From the IMG/VR virus record IMGVR_UViG_3300029288_000063, positions 96,001-160,000 of that record: a stretch of DNA of 64,000 nt, one strand, 5' to 3'. Shown piece by piece: positions 44,877 to 55,611 of the stretch (its first letter is position 1; each line of letters starts with the position of its first letter). The translations under genes were made by a program, and so were the position numbers. The DNA is from a virus (Duplodnaviria; Caudoviricetes). Below the pieces are notes generated by a model. It was not told where the DNA came from. It searched no databases and saw only the letters and a program-made list of their open reading frames with translations.

Positions 44877-46475
44877 ATGGCCAACGTTTTTGACACAAGG
44901 CAACTTGAGCAGTCTTTGTTGCACCTGCTTGTATCCGAGAAAATGGTTGCCCGCGTTTACATGAATCGTGCGCACGAGGAGATGTTTGTAACGGCACCGA
45001 GGAGGTTCATATACAATCGTGCCAAGCGCCTGTTTGCCGAAACGAATGGGTTGCTGACTGATGCGTTGTTCGAGTTTGAGTTGAAGCAGAGTATTCCAGA
45101 AAACGAACAGTCGTCGTATACGGCCGAGTGGATGGTTGTTGCCGGAATGTCTGTTGATGAGTCGCCGGATTCACTTATGGACGCGTTGGAGCGTGCGTTG
45201 TTGGCCCAGCGTGTTTCTGAGATTTGCAAGGAGGCTGCCGGGCTATTGCAGGATGGCAGTGTTGAGGAAGCCGTCAGTTTGGTGAAGTCGGAATCGGTGT
45301 CGTTGGGGATGAAGAGTGCCGACATTCCGCACGTTGAAGTTGTTGAATATCTGCACCGGAAAAAACTGATTGAGGAAAAACAGGCCAACCCGAAAAAGTT
45401 CCTTGGAGTAAAGACTGGGCTTCCGTCGTTTGATTTTCACACCGGAGGTCTGTTTCCGGCAGAGGTGACGTTGGTGTCTGCCGTGACGGGCGTTGGTAAG
45501 TCGACGCTGATGAAAGCCATTGCCGCGAACGTCATCACGCTGGAGGGGAAAAACGTTCTGCATATCACCAACGAAGAGTCGCGGTTGCAGGTTGAAATGA
45601 AATATGACGCGTTGATTTCTGACATTGCGTACAGTTCGTTTAAGAAGGCTGAGATTACGCCGTCCGAGATTCAAACGTGGGAAGACTCTCTGACCGAGTT
45701 GAAAAAGCAGAGCATGTATGGTCGGTTGTTCATCAAGGAAATTCCGCAGTTTGACAACTGTTTGGCGATTACGCGGACATACTATGAGCTGCAACAGTTG
45801 GGCGTTCCGATTCACCTGTTGGTCATTGACTATATGGACCACCTTCTGCCCATCGAAAAGAGTTGGAGTGAAAACGACGAACAAGGCAAGGTTGCGGCGG
45901 ATGTTAAGGGTTTGGCTGTCTCGTTGAATATCCCTGTTTTGATTGCAACACAGGCAGCGACGAGTGCGGAGGCCAAACAGGAGAAGGGTCGTTCGTTCGG
46001 GAAGTTGGACGTGTATGGTTCGAAGCGCAAGGTTCACTCCTGCAACACCTTGATTTTTGTCATTCAAGATTCCCGCGACACAAGTCAGCTCAAGCCTGCC
46101 TTGGGTGGAACGGGTGTTCTTGAGTCGGAGTACGATTGTGACTGGTTGTGGTCGCTGGAAGCCGCAAAGAATCGTGATGGTGCGCCGTTTTTCCTCAAGG
46201 CGCGTCAACACGTTAAGACCGGCAGGGTCACTCAGATTGGTGGAAGTGGTGCCGGTGCCCCTCCGCGCCCCGGTGCGGGCGGGAAGTTGTCGTCGCCTGT
46301 TCGTGGTGCGGAAGAGACGGCGGCAGCTGCGGCGGAGTTTGATGCGATGGTTGGAAAGTCCACCGACAAGGCTGAGACGACGCCTGATGGCGCTTCGAAG
46401 CCTGAGAGTATCCCCGAGCCGCCAGAGCAACAAAAAACAGCGTCAAATCCGCCAAAGATGGCTAGGAAAAAATAA
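44877..46475 (+). CDS. dnaB: DnaB-like replicative helicase
   Basis: TGL..D, AVTGVGKS, IDY, ATQ, AKNRDG. Confidence 0.85.
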   Translation: MANVFDTRQLEQSLLHLLVSEKMVARVYMNRAHEEMFVTAPRRFIYNRAKRLFAETNGLLTDALFEFELKQSIPENEQSSYTAEWMVVAGMSVDESPDSLMDALERALLAQRVSEICKEAAGLLQDGSVEEAVSLVKSESVSLGMKSADIPHVEVVEYLHRKKLIEEKQANPKKFLGVKTGLPSFDFHTGGLFPAEVTLVSAVTGVGKSTLMKAIAANVITLEGKNVLHITNEESRLQVEMKYDALISDIAYSSFKKAEITPSEIQTWEDSLTELKKQSMYGRLFIKEIPQFDNCLAITRTYYELQQLGVPIHLLVIDYMDHLLPIEKSWSENDEQGKVAADVKGLAVSLNIPVLIATQAATSAEAKQEKGRSFGKLDVYGSKRKVHSCNTLIFVIQDSRDTSQLKPALGGTGVLESEYDCDWLWSLEAAKNRDGAPFFLKARQHVKTGRVTQIGGSGAGAPPRPGAGGKLSSPVRGAEETAAAAAEFDAMVGKSTDKAETTPDGASKPESIPEPPEQQKTASNPPKMARKK

Positions 46476-46570
46476 TTTGGTTTTTCCTAAAAAAGTCTCG
46501 TGTCGTTCGTATAATGATTGGTATGGCTAGGCCGATTGTGGCTATTTTCGTAACGTAAGGAGAAGAAGGC

Positions 46571-47614
46571 ATGACAGCGTCAGGTGTGAGGAAGAGGAAG
46601 GTTGCAACAGGCGAGGCAGAAAGCGTTGGTGCGTCGGTGGCGGCGGAACATGTGTTCCTTCGAAATGTCGCCGTCGGGGAGTCTTTTTCGGGTGTGTATT
46701 TTCTCGAAAAAGTTTTTTCCAAGGTTGCGCGGAATGGGAACAAATACAGCGACCTCACTCTTCGCGACAAGTCGGGGAGCATTTTCGCCCGCTATTGGGG
46801 TGAGGTGACGAGTTCGTCAGGCGGTGACTGGGTGAACATTTCCGCGACCGTTGAAGAGTATCAGGGAAACAAGCAAATCGTTGTCCAGAATATTGCCGAG
46901 TGTGAGGCACCAGCAGACCTTTCCAATCACGCCCCTACGTCTGACACCATCGTGACGGATGGAGAGTCGTTTCGTGGGTTGATGGAGTTGGTAAAGTCGT
47001 ATGACGAGGAAGCCAAGTGTGATACCTGTTCTGCGATTCTGGAGGACCTTTTCAAGGGTGTGTTCCTCTCGAAGTTTGAGCAAGCCCCGGCGTCCGCGTT
47101 TCCGTGTTATGGTCGTGTCGGTGGGCTGTTGGCGTATACAGTGCGCGTTGCTGAAATGGTAAACGACACGTCGAATCGTTTTCAGCTTTCCGCTCAGGAA
47201 AAGTCGATTGCCCTTGCGGCGGCGATTCTGCATCGTATCGGTGCGGCGTATGCCTTTGAGATTTCCGGCTGTGTTCCGCAGGAAACCAAGAAGGGGGCCT
47301 TGGTTGGCGCGATGCACATTGGTTTTTCGAAAGTTGTCAACGCTGTGAATCGTCTGACCCATAGTCGCAAGGAAGCCGAAGGCGACAAGGTTGTTGATGA
47401 CGATGTTGTGTCGCGTCTGATGCACGCAATTGTTGCGTCTGAAAATGAAGGTATCATGCCGATGACGCGTGAGGCGATTGTTCTGCATGGGGTTGTTGGT
47501 ACTATCCGTGAGTTGTCTGATGCGTCCGACTTCATTTCGAACGACGTGAATTCACATGAGATGTTTACGTCGTATGACCCGATTACCAAGCGGCGGTTCT
47601 TCAAAGGCGAATAG
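46571..47614 (+). CDS. YhaM-like OB-fold plus degenerate HD protein
   Basis: L.L.DKSG.I..RYW OB fold; APAS..GGLL, ILHRIG. Confidence 0.7.
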   Translation: MTASGVRKRKVATGEAESVGASVAAEHVFLRNVAVGESFSGVYFLEKVFSKVARNGNKYSDLTLRDKSGSIFARYWGEVTSSSGGDWVNISATVEEYQGNKQIVVQNIAECEAPADLSNHAPTSDTIVTDGESFRGLMELVKSYDEEAKCDTCSAILEDLFKGVFLSKFEQAPASAFPCYGRVGGLLAYTVRVAEMVNDTSNRFQLSAQEKSIALAAAILHRIGAAYAFEISGCVPQETKKGALVGAMHIGFSKVVNAVNRLTHSRKEAEGDKVVDDDVVSRLMHAIVASENEGIMPMTREAIVLHGVVGTIRELSDASDFISNDVNSHEMFTSYDPITKRRFFKGE

Positions 47615-47635
47615 TGCCGTTTATCGGGAGAATTC

Positions 47636-48748
47636 GTGAACATCAAGGAGCGGTTTCAATTCCGTGATATCAGCCTTTTGATGCAAAAGGTCGACGCTCG
47701 GCAGGTTCTTATCCGGCTGGGCGTCGACCCGTCATCTATAAAGGTGTACGGGAACGAATTGACGACGTTTTGTCCTGACCATCATCTGTTTGTTGGTCGA
47801 AAGTCGTCCGACCCGAATTGGGGTTTGAACCTGAAGTCCGGCAAATGCAAGTGCCTGACGGAGCCGCGTGGGTCGAACCTTGTATTCACTGTTGCCCGTG
47901 TGCGCGGGTGTTCGCCGCGAGAGGCTGTGTCGTGGATGCTTGGCAAAGAGGATGCCGAGCTTGACCTAAACATGATGAATCTTCAGTGCTTGGCGTCGTT
48001 GCCGGACGATATGCGTGCGGTGAATAACGACGATGAAGAAGAGCCTGTTTTGGAGGGATTGCAGAGCGTTGAAGAGGAGTCGTCGAAGGGGTATTTGTCG
48101 GATTCGGCTGTAAAGTTTTTTCTTTGCCCGCCGGAAAAAAAACCAACCAACATCAAGCTGCCCACGTTGCGTCATTACAAGGTGTTTGAGCGGACGTGGG
48201 GATATTATCACGGTCGAGTTGTTATTCCTTTTTATTTTAGGCAGCAAATTCAGGGTTTTTCGGCGATAGACAAATACGGCGTCAAGGAATGGTTGCGCCG
48301 CAATCCGTTAAAGGAAAAACAAGATTATAAGAAGGTTCTTTTCCCTCGTGGCATGTTCACGTCGAAAATTTTGTTTGGATTTGACGATGTAGAGCCGGGC
48401 TGTCCATTTTTAATTGTTACGGAGGGTCCACGAGAGGTTATGAAGCTGTGGCAAGAAGGTTACAAGAATTCTGTGGCGCTCTGTGGAACGAATCTTTCCG
48501 GTGAGCATATAAAACTGATTGCTGAGTTGCGTCCACAGTCTGTGGTTGTTATGTTGGATGGTGACAAAGCCGGTCGAAGAGCCGGGATAAAGATAGGCAA
48601 GAAACTCAAGGATACTTTTAGCGTATTTTTTGCAAATGTACCTGATGGTTTCGATCCCAAGGTGTTGCACAGAAAAGACTTCAAATCTATTATAAGAAAT
48701 GCGGACAAAATTGATAATTGCTTGTGTTTTGATGTTGAAGTAATATAA
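47636..48748 (+). CDS. dnaG: DNA primase (Zn finger + TOPRIM)
   Basis: CPDH..C; TEGP; LDGDKAG. Confidence 0.85.
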   Translation: MNIKERFQFRDISLLMQKVDARQVLIRLGVDPSSIKVYGNELTTFCPDHHLFVGRKSSDPNWGLNLKSGKCKCLTEPRGSNLVFTVARVRGCSPREAVSWMLGKEDAELDLNMMNLQCLASLPDDMRAVNNDDEEEPVLEGLQSVEEESSKGYLSDSAVKFFLCPPEKKPTNIKLPTLRHYKVFERTWGYYHGRVVIPFYFRQQIQGFSAIDKYGVKEWLRRNPLKEKQDYKKVLFPRGMFTSKILFGFDDVEPGCPFLIVTEGPREVMKLWQEGYKNSVALCGTNLSGEHIKLIAELRPQSVVVMLDGDKAGRRAGIKIGKKLKDTFSVFFANVPDGFDPKVLHRKDFKSIIRNADKIDNCLCFDVEVI

Positions 48749-48823
48749 TATATCAAATTTATTGCCGGTTGTCGGTGCATTTCTTGGCATGCCAATATTG
48801 GCTATTTCAAGCGAAGGGGTCAC

Positions 48824-49540
48824 ATGAAACGTGTTCCTGTGTTGTGTCGTGTTCCTATTACCAACGAGAGCCTGATGATGAGCGCTTGTAAGGGTTCTGA
48901 TGGTTGTTTGCTTGAGAAGTACCCCTTTCTGATGGATTTGTTGCTTGAGCGGATTTTGGGAATTGTCAGGAGTTTGTCGTTTAAGTATGTTGTCAATTCC
49001 TCGCAAGAGTTTGAGGATTTAGTGCAGGACTGCTTGGTGCGGATTTGGTCAAGCAGGAAGACTTTTGACCCTAAGAAGGGTCGTTTGTCCACTTGGGTTT
49101 GGCGCGTGTGTTGTTCTGTCTTGAATTCTGACTTCGGCAAGTCCAAGAGGTATAAAGACAAATTTCGTTTCTGGAGCCAAACATCTTCGCAGGATTCTGG
49201 TGACCCTCTAGATTCCAGTGAGATATTCTGTTCGAACAACGCCGATGTTCAGGACATTGTTGCTTTTCGGTGTGCTGTTTCCGATTTGTACGTTCGTCAT
49301 GGTGCCAATTCGTCCCGTAAGGAAATGCTGGATGCCATCTTCTGCGTAGAGGAAGACGGCTTGTTTGTCGCGTCTATTGATCGTGCGGCCTTCCGCTTGG
49401 TGTTTCCGGGTGTGCTGTTTACCGACAAACTGCCTCAAGACCAGAAGTTGTTGTTTAAGAAAAAGCATGGAGAACTTATGCGTTTTGTTCGCACTTTCGT
49501 TCGTCCCGTATTCCTCAAACATATCAAGGAGGGGATTTAA
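48824..49540 (+). CDS. sigma70/ECF-like sigma factor
   Basis: EDLVQD..W..FDPKKG.LSTW region 2. Confidence 0.75.
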   Translation: MKRVPVLCRVPITNESLMMSACKGSDGCLLEKYPFLMDLLLERILGIVRSLSFKYVVNSSQEFEDLVQDCLVRIWSSRKTFDPKKGRLSTWVWRVCCSVLNSDFGKSKRYKDKFRFWSQTSSQDSGDPLDSSEIFCSNNADVQDIVAFRCAVSDLYVRHGANSSRKEMLDAIFCVEEDGLFVASIDRAAFRLVFPGVLFTDKLPQDQKLLFKKKHGELMRFVRTFVRPVFLKHIKEGI

Positions 49541-49992
49541 TGTCGGAAGATGTTATGCTTGCCGGGAGATGTTACGGGCTTTTTGACAAATCCGATGCGG
49601 CGTGTTCTATCTGTCTTGTTAGAAAAAAATGTATTACGATGACGATGTCTGGTGTTGATGAGAACTTTGTTGGCAATATTCGTCGAGAAAACAAGGAAGA
49701 GCCAATTTCGACAGACCCGGTTGACTCCGTTCCTGTGGATGTCATGCTTTGCAAGATTTCCGAGTCTATTGGTACGCCGTCCATCGAAAGGGTTTCTGTT
49801 TCTGGTGGTGATATGGTGTTGTATCGGTTCTACAATGATGACGAGAACGAGGTCGTGCGCGTTGGTGTTGGTGTCGAGGGGAACGTGTTTGTCATGGTTG
49901 CCGGGATGGAAATGGAAGAATTCTCAAAAGATGCATCGTGCGATGATTTTTTGATCAAGGCGGAACTTGTCCTCAAAAATTTGATCGTCTAA
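49540..49992 (+). CDS. hypothetical protein with N-terminal Cys4 motif
   Basis: GGAGG RBS; CYG..CSIC..C. Confidence 0.55.
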   Translation: MSEDVMLAGRCYGLFDKSDAACSICLVRKKCITMTMSGVDENFVGNIRRENKEEPISTDPVDSVPVDVMLCKISESIGTPSIERVSVSGGDMVLYRFYNDDENEVVRVGVGVEGNVFVMVAGMEMEEFSKDASCDDFLIKAELVLKNLIV

Positions 49993-49994
49993 AC

Positions 49995-50930
49995 ATGAAG
50001 ACAATCGACTATCCGTATTTTCAGTGCCGTTTTGTGGAATTCAATTCGGCGCAAGCTCAGGTCATGCCCTTTTTCGACCAAGATGTAAATCTTGTCGTGT
50101 CGTTCCCTACGTCTACAGGGAAAACCACAATTGCAGAATGTGTTTTTGGATATCACCTTACGGCAGATTCCTGTTGTAAGGTTGTGTACGTTTCCCCGTT
50201 CAAGGGGATAACGTCGGAGAGGCAAAGAGACTGGATGGCTGACTCTCAGTTTTCCAGTCGCGGAATTGTCGTTTGTACGGGGGATAATCACCCGAAAGAT
50301 AAGGAGTACGAAGATGCCAGAATCGTACTGATGACTTCTGAGGCGTTTGACAACAGAACACGTTGTGCCGGGAAGAAGTCGTGGTTGTCGTCCGTTGCCT
50401 GTATTGTGTATGACGAAGCCCACATGATTGGCAAGATGGGTCGTGGCGCGGCTGTTGAGTCCTCGATGATGAGGATTGCGAGAATATCGCCACGTTGCCG
50501 ATTTGTTCTTTTGTCTGCCACTATGTCGAATTCTATGGATTTAGCCAAGTGGGTTAAGTCTTTGAATGGTAAAATCACGAAGAACATCAGGAGTACGTGG
50601 CGTCCCGTTCGTTTGAAGCACCGCCTGCACACGTATTATTCGCGTGGTGGGTGGAATGAAACTAATGCGTCAAGGTTGTCGAAGGCTGCGGATGTTGTAG
50701 GTCGCCCGATGGCCGGTCAAAAGGTTCTCGTGTTTGTCCAGTCCAAAAAGTTTGGACGGGAACTGGTTAAAGAGTTGCGTCGGCGCGGTGTTCGGTGTGG
50801 GTTTCACAACGCATCGGTGTCGCCCGAGAATCGTGGTTGTTTGGAAAAGATTTTTGATGACCCGTATTCTGGTGTTGATGTGTTGGTAAGTACCAGCACG
50901 TTGTCGGCGGGTGTGAATCTCGGGGGGTGA
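49995..50930 (+). CDS. Ski2/Hel308-like helicase, N-terminal part (motifs Q-V)
   Basis: PTSTGKT, DEAH, LSAT, STSTLSAGVNL. Confidence 0.85.
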   Translation: MKTIDYPYFQCRFVEFNSAQAQVMPFFDQDVNLVVSFPTSTGKTTIAECVFGYHLTADSCCKVVYVSPFKGITSERQRDWMADSQFSSRGIVVCTGDNHPKDKEYEDARIVLMTSEAFDNRTRCAGKKSWLSSVACIVYDEAHMIGKMGRGAAVESSMMRIARISPRCRFVLLSATMSNSMDLAKWVKSLNGKITKNIRSTWRPVRLKHRLHTYYSRGGWNETNASRLSKAADVVGRPMAGQKVLVFVQSKKFGRELVKELRRRGVRCGFHNASVSPENRGCLEKIFDDPYSGVDVLVSTSTLSAGVNLGG

Positions 50931-50933
50931 TTT

Positions 50934-51179
50934 GTGGCGTATACAATTGAAGACATGTCGATTGAACTGTCCAAACTCGGTTATCCTGCGAATGCAAAAA
51001 AGGCGGCAATAGAGGTGACAAGTCGTCTTATGTTGAATTTGAGAGAGGACGAACGAGGTATAGTGTTTTGGCAGTTGGTTCATCGGTTCGCCCTGATGTT
51101 GTCGCCTTGGTGGCGGGAGTTTTTCAGGTCGGACGTTTGCTTCGGCACCATTGTGGGGGCTTGGAATGAAAAAGTCTGA
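50934..51179 (+). CDS. small hypothetical protein
   Basis: Coupled ORF. Confidence 0.45.
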   Translation: MAYTIEDMSIELSKLGYPANAKKAAIEVTSRLMLNLREDERGIVFWQLVHRFALMLSPWWREFFRSDVCFGTIVGAWNEKV

Positions 51180-52806
51180 TGTCGCTGGTAGTAAGGGAAA
51201 GACGCTTACGTCTTTGCGCTCGAAATGTTTGGGATGCCTGAAGTGTTCAATTGGTGGCTGCGATATTGGTGGTCACATTTCTAATGTTTTTTCGAACATG
51301 AACATGAAGGCGGGAGTGATGGTTATTGGGCAAAATCCCGGCCATGTTGAGGTCGAACGCGGTTTGCCGTTTGTTGGTCCGTCTGGTGAGTTTTTTGACC
51401 GTGCGATATCGGAAGTTCTCGGTGTTGGTCGTGATGCGTTTTACATCACCAATGTCGTTAAATGTCTCCGCTACAACACCCGAGTATTGCTTGGTGATGG
51501 TTCAACAAAGACTATCGCTCAGCTTGTTCGTGAAAAGTATGACGGGACTGTTGTGTCTGTTGGAAAGAACGGCAATCTGGAACAGAAGAAAGTAATTGGG
51601 TGGTATAAAACTCCAATTGCTGGTCGTAGGATGTTCAAGTTGTCTTACTCTAACGCCAAGGGTAATCCTTGTGGAAGCGTTGGACCAACTTTGACAGAAG
51701 ACCACCCGGTCAAGACGAGGTTTGGGTATAAGGATGTCTGTGAACTTAAAGAGGACGACGAGATTGCTATCGGAGAGGTGGCACCAAATTCATACTTGAA
51801 GGAGTTTTTGTGCGGAACATTGTTGGGGGACGGATGTGTTGTAAAGAATCACTTGGAGATTACGCACTCCAAAAAGGATTCAGGCTATATTGATATGAAA
51901 AAGCGTTGTTTGTCTGGCTTTGGTGTTGTTTCCGAGGATATTGAGATTGATTTGAACGGCAAGAAGCATTTCGCTACAAGGTTGAGGAGTCATGCTTCGC
52001 GTTATTTTTGTGAAGAGCGGTCTGTTTGGTATCAGAACGGCAAGAAAAGTGTCATGCATTTGGCGGGACTTTCCGACCTTGCTTTGGCTATTTGGTATCA
52101 AGACGATGGAAGCGTTGCGTCGCACAGGAAAAACTCACGGGTTGATTTGGCAACGAATGGGTTTTCTTCTGCCGATGTCGACCATTTGTGCTCGCTGCTT
52201 TGTGGTCGCGGTATTCCTGCAAAGAGAATTTATAGTGCTGGGTGGAGGGTGTCTATCGGTGTTGAAGGTGCCGATGCTTTTTATCGTGCTATCGCAAGGT
52301 ATGTTCACCCATCAATGAGAAGGAAGTTGCCCGAGAAGTATTGTTCTGTGAATTTTGTCGATGTTTCGCGCCGTTGTGGAGTTGAGTTGTATTGGGCTAA
52401 AAACCCAATTATCAAAGAGGTTCAGGTGCCAGAAAAGAGTGTTTATTGCCTTGATGTTGAAGGTAATCACAATTTTGTCGTGAATGGTGGTGTTGTGGTG
52501 CATAACTGCTTTACGAATCAAAACCGTTCGCCACACGACAATGAGATTCAAAACTGTCGCGAGCTTTTGGATGAGGAAATTCGTGTTGTAAATCCGTCCT
52601 TGATTGTCACGCTTGGCGGTCCGTCACTCAAGGCTGTTGCCGGGGTGAGTGGTATTACGAAGTATCGTGGTTCTTTTATCACGTCGTTGCGTTATGCTGT
52701 GAAGGTTTTGCCGTTATGGCACCCGTCACCGTTGAACATGAACAGCTCAGAAAAGCGGGAGCAGTTTTTTCAAGACCTACTTCTTGTGAAGCCTTTTTTG
52801 GAATAA
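51166..52806 (+). CDS. family-4 uracil-DNA glycosylase with intein
   Basis: CxxC, GQNPG..E..G.PFVG, TNVVK|C, HPSP. Confidence 0.88.
   Translation: MKKSDVAGSKGKTLTSLRSKCLGCLKCSIGGCDIGGHISNVFSNMNMKAGVMVIGQNPGHVEVERGLPFVGPSGEFFDRAISEVLGVGRDAFYITNVVKCLRYNTRVLLGDGSTKTIAQLVREKYDGTVVSVGKNGNLEQKKVIGWYKTPIAGRRMFKLSYSNAKGNPCGSVGPTLTEDHPVKTRFGYKDVCELKEDDEIAIGEVAPNSYLKEFLCGTLLGDGCVVKNHLEITHSKKDSGYIDMKKRCLSGFGVVSEDIEIDLNGKKHFATRLRSHASRYFCEERSVWYQNGKKSVMHLAGLSDLALAIWYQDDGSVASHRKNSRVDLATNGFSSADVDHLCSLLCGRGIPAKRIYSAGWRVSIGVEGADAFYRAIARYVHPSMRRKLPEKYCSVNFVDVSRRCGVELYWAKNPIIKEVQVPEKSVYCLDVEGNHNFVVNGGVVVHNCFTNQNRSPHDNEIQNCRELLDEEIRVVNPSLIVTLGGPSLKAVAGVSGITKYRGSFITSLRYAVKVLPLWHPSPLNMNSSEKREQFFQDLLLVKPFLE
51463..52506 (+). 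mobile_element. intein with LAGLIDADG endonuclease in UDG
   Basis: CL..T, TEDH, LLGDG/YQDDG, VYCL.V..HNF..HN|C. Confidence 0.9.
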
Positions 52807-52809
52807 GCG

Positions 52810-53829
52810 ATGTCTGACCGGGTCGTTATTGTTGATATCCGACGCGGTCCCAATTTTGTTGACAGGGTAGACCTCTCGCAGATGGGGGGACGTGCCGGGC
52901 GTTCGCATAACGGGACAATGCGTGAGGCTTTTGTTGATGTTGTTGTATCAGAGGAAGACTCTTCACTCGCCTCTGATATGTTGTCGTCGCTGGACAACCA
53001 CCCGGTGGATTCCGTTCTGGACTCTGCCGAAAGTATAGCGTTCCATATTCTTCCGGACATCTATAACGGGGTCATTCAAAACATGGATGACGCCCGTGAC
53101 TGGATGTCGAAAACATTCTTCTGTTTCATGGGTGGTGACCCGGACATCGTGGAAGACGCGGTGGAACTTCTCGTTGAAGATGAAGCCCTGAAGATTGGTC
53201 GGGATAAACAATTTTTTGTTACTTTGCAGGGAAGTATATCGGCGACTTTATACTTCGCCGCTTCGGACGTTATGGCGTGGCGGATGAATTTCGAGGAGAT
53301 TTTTGACCGTGGAGTAGAGGACACCGACGTTGGTGTCGCGTGGGCGCTTTCCTCTGTTCCCGGACAAATACGCCACATCGGTTCGTCTGACTCAAAGTTT
53401 GCCGTGGAGGAGTTTAGAGACCAAGCGTCGGCATATGGTTTGAAGGTTATGGACGGGACTGCTGGTGTTGGCGCGTGCTGGTGGTGGTTGATGGGCGGGC
53501 CGAGCGTAAAGGGAATGAAGGCAGAGGCGTATTCGCTTCGCAAGGATTTTGGTCGTATCAAGCTGGCTTTGGACGGCATTGACAAGGCGTGCGGTTGGGA
53601 GCAAAAAGATTTTTTGCGTTGTTTGGATGTTCGTATAATGAGGCGTGTTCCGGCGGAAATAGCCCCGTTGTTTCAGGTTGAAGGTATTAGCAAAGAAGTT
53701 GCCTTTGAGTTGTATAATATCGGGATTGGTAGCCTTGAAGAATTGAACGAGAAAAAGTTTTTAGTTGAAGCAAGTGACAATGAAAGGTTAATCCGTGCCG
53801 TTAATAGATTTTTCGGGTCGGTTTCCTAA
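52810..53829 (+). CDS. Ski2/Hel308-like helicase, C-terminal part
   Basis: RVVIVD..QMGGRAGR motif VI; C-terminal HhH-like segment. Confidence 0.8.
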   Translation: MSDRVVIVDIRRGPNFVDRVDLSQMGGRAGRSHNGTMREAFVDVVVSEEDSSLASDMLSSLDNHPVDSVLDSAESIAFHILPDIYNGVIQNMDDARDWMSKTFFCFMGGDPDIVEDAVELLVEDEALKIGRDKQFFVTLQGSISATLYFAASDVMAWRMNFEEIFDRGVEDTDVGVAWALSSVPGQIRHIGSSDSKFAVEEFRDQASAYGLKVMDGTAGVGACWWWLMGGPSVKGMKAEAYSLRKDFGRIKLALDGIDKACGWEQKDFLRCLDVRIMRRVPAEIAPLFQVEGISKEVAFELYNIGIGSLEELNEKKFLVEASDNERLIRAVNRFFGSVS

Positions 53830-54295
53830 GCGTGCTGTTCGTGCCTGTGTAGAGGCTATGTCTGATGGACGGTTAAGGTCGTCGCTTGTCAATGACGTTC
53901 TTAAGTATAGCAATGTCGATGTTACACCGATAGAACAATTTCTTTCATCTCGTGACGAAATAATCCGCCTGAACGCCGTTAGGATTATTGGGCAGAGAGG
54001 TGATGTTTCGAAGTTGGTCGATATGGCTCTGGTAGAACAGAATGTTACTGTTGTCTCGGAGATTCTGAGGTACGTTTCGAGGTCTCCAGAAAAAGTGGAT
54101 CGGCTTGTTGAGTTGTTAGTGGCGCAGGATTCTGTTGTGCGGGAACAGGCGATTCAGATGTTTCGTCGTGCCGGTCGTTCCGACTGTATGCTGCCACTGT
54201 TGTTTGATGGTGATGATTCATTGGTGTCCCGTGTGAAAAGGTACATGGAAGAGACAAATCATGACGACGACAGTTCGAGTACCAATAGAGCCTGA
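53795..54295 (+). CDS. HEAT-repeat protein
   Basis: Repeated L..D..VR..A units. Confidence 0.6.
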   Translation: MPLIDFSGRFPKRAVRACVEAMSDGRLRSSLVNDVLKYSNVDVTPIEQFLSSRDEIIRLNAVRIIGQRGDVSKLVDMALVEQNVTVVSEILRYVSRSPEKVDRLVELLVAQDSVVREQAIQMFRRAGRSDCMLPLLFDGDDSLVSRVKRYMEETNHDDDSSSTNRA

Positions 54296-54926
54296 TAATT
54301 TCAAGCGGTTCAGAATGTGGTTGATTGAGATGGAAGATGTTTATGGGGTCGGGAAGGTGAAGGATATTCACCACCACGTTTCCCTGCTGATTGAGTCGTT
54401 GGATAGGCACATATTTGAGTCGTCGACGCCGAAGAAGTCGTCACAAATGAATGGTATACGTACTTTTATTGCGATTTTTAGTAGTCGTTACAGAATCATG
54501 ACGGACTACGACTACAATCGAAAAGTTTCGAGTGTTGATGTAAAAACGATTGAAACGCTGATTAAGGAGCTGGAAAAGGTTGGATGCAACTCCGAGGACT
54601 ATCTTCGCTGGTTCTTCGAGGAGTTTCTTCCGGAAAACGAAAAGTTGTGTCCGCCGACCATCGGTTTGGCTTGCAGCAAGTTTTCGCTTTCCAAGTTCCT
54701 GTATACCAATCGTGGTGAAATCAAAAAGCGCGAGGAGAAGGCGTTGTTGTTTGCCGCAGAGAAAGACCTTTTCAATCGTTCGAAGGTTCTGTTTGAGAAG
54801 ACGGAAGACTCGAAGATTCGTATTTGGTCGGAGCAGTATCGGTCCGGCAGTATAACCCTTGAGGAGTGGCGGAAAAATATTATCGAGTCCGAGGATGCCT
54901 GTTCTTGTGGAGAAGAAAATGGATAG
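54261..54926 (+). CDS. hypothetical protein
   Basis: 221-aa ORF in operon. Confidence 0.55.
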   Translation: MTTTVRVPIEPDNFKRFRMWLIEMEDVYGVGKVKDIHHHVSLLIESLDRHIFESSTPKKSSQMNGIRTFIAIFSSRYRIMTDYDYNRKVSSVDVKTIETLIKELEKVGCNSEDYLRWFFEEFLPENEKLCPPTIGLACSKFSLSKFLYTNRGEIKKREEKALLFAAEKDLFNRSKVLFEKTEDSKIRIWSEQYRSGSITLEEWRKNIIESEDACSCGEENG

Positions 54927-55485
54927 GGAAAAAGTTGCAGATGCTATTTCGAATGCCTGTGAGGCGTGTGGCGGGATGTCGCTTCTTGATTCAAAGCTTG
55001 AGGATTGCAACCCGACTGTTTTGGATGTCCGTATCGGTTCGTTGGATGACCACGTTTCCATGCAACCGGCAGCTATTGCGTATTTCGGTTCCCTGTTGAA
55101 AGACGCGGAGCGCAAACTGGTCAACCTGAAGCATGGGTATGACCGGTGGCAGAAGAAAAAGTATGCAGACGCCAAGTCGGCGTTGTCGGCGTCCGGTGCG
55201 AAGTCGACGGTTGGTGATATCGAGGCGAAGGTTGTGGCGGACAATGAGGCGGATATCGTCAAATGGGAAAGCGACCTTGAGGAAGCCCAGCGTGTCAATG
55301 ACGAGCTGGAGGTTTGGTATGAGGCGTGGCGTCAGAAGTCGTACTCAATGAGCCAACACGCCAATTTGGTTGGTGCCGAATTTGGCTCGAATTCGAGCTT
55401 GGGACAGGGTGGTGAAAGTTCTGAAACAAAAGAAGATTTTCAATCACGGAAAGACCGCGTCAGAGCTATAATGGGGAAGAAATAG
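54919..55485 (+). CDS. UvsY-like recombination mediator (coiled coil)
   Basis: Helical; upstream of SSB-like and RecA genes. Confidence 0.45.
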   Translation: MDREKVADAISNACEACGGMSLLDSKLEDCNPTVLDVRIGSLDDHVSMQPAAIAYFGSLLKDAERKLVNLKHGYDRWQKKKYADAKSALSASGAKSTVGDIEAKVVADNEADIVKWESDLEEAQRVNDELEVWYEAWRQKSYSMSQHANLVGAEFGSNSSLGQGGESSETKEDFQSRKDRVRAIMGKK

Positions 55486-55611
55486 TTCTGAGGTGTTTTT
55501 TGAAGGCTTGTAAGAAAGGAGGCGAACCAGCAAAAGGCATATAAAGGCGTTCTATTGGGGCCTAAAAGGCCAAGGTCGAGGCATTGTTTTTTTTTGAGGA
55601 GAAGAAAAGTA

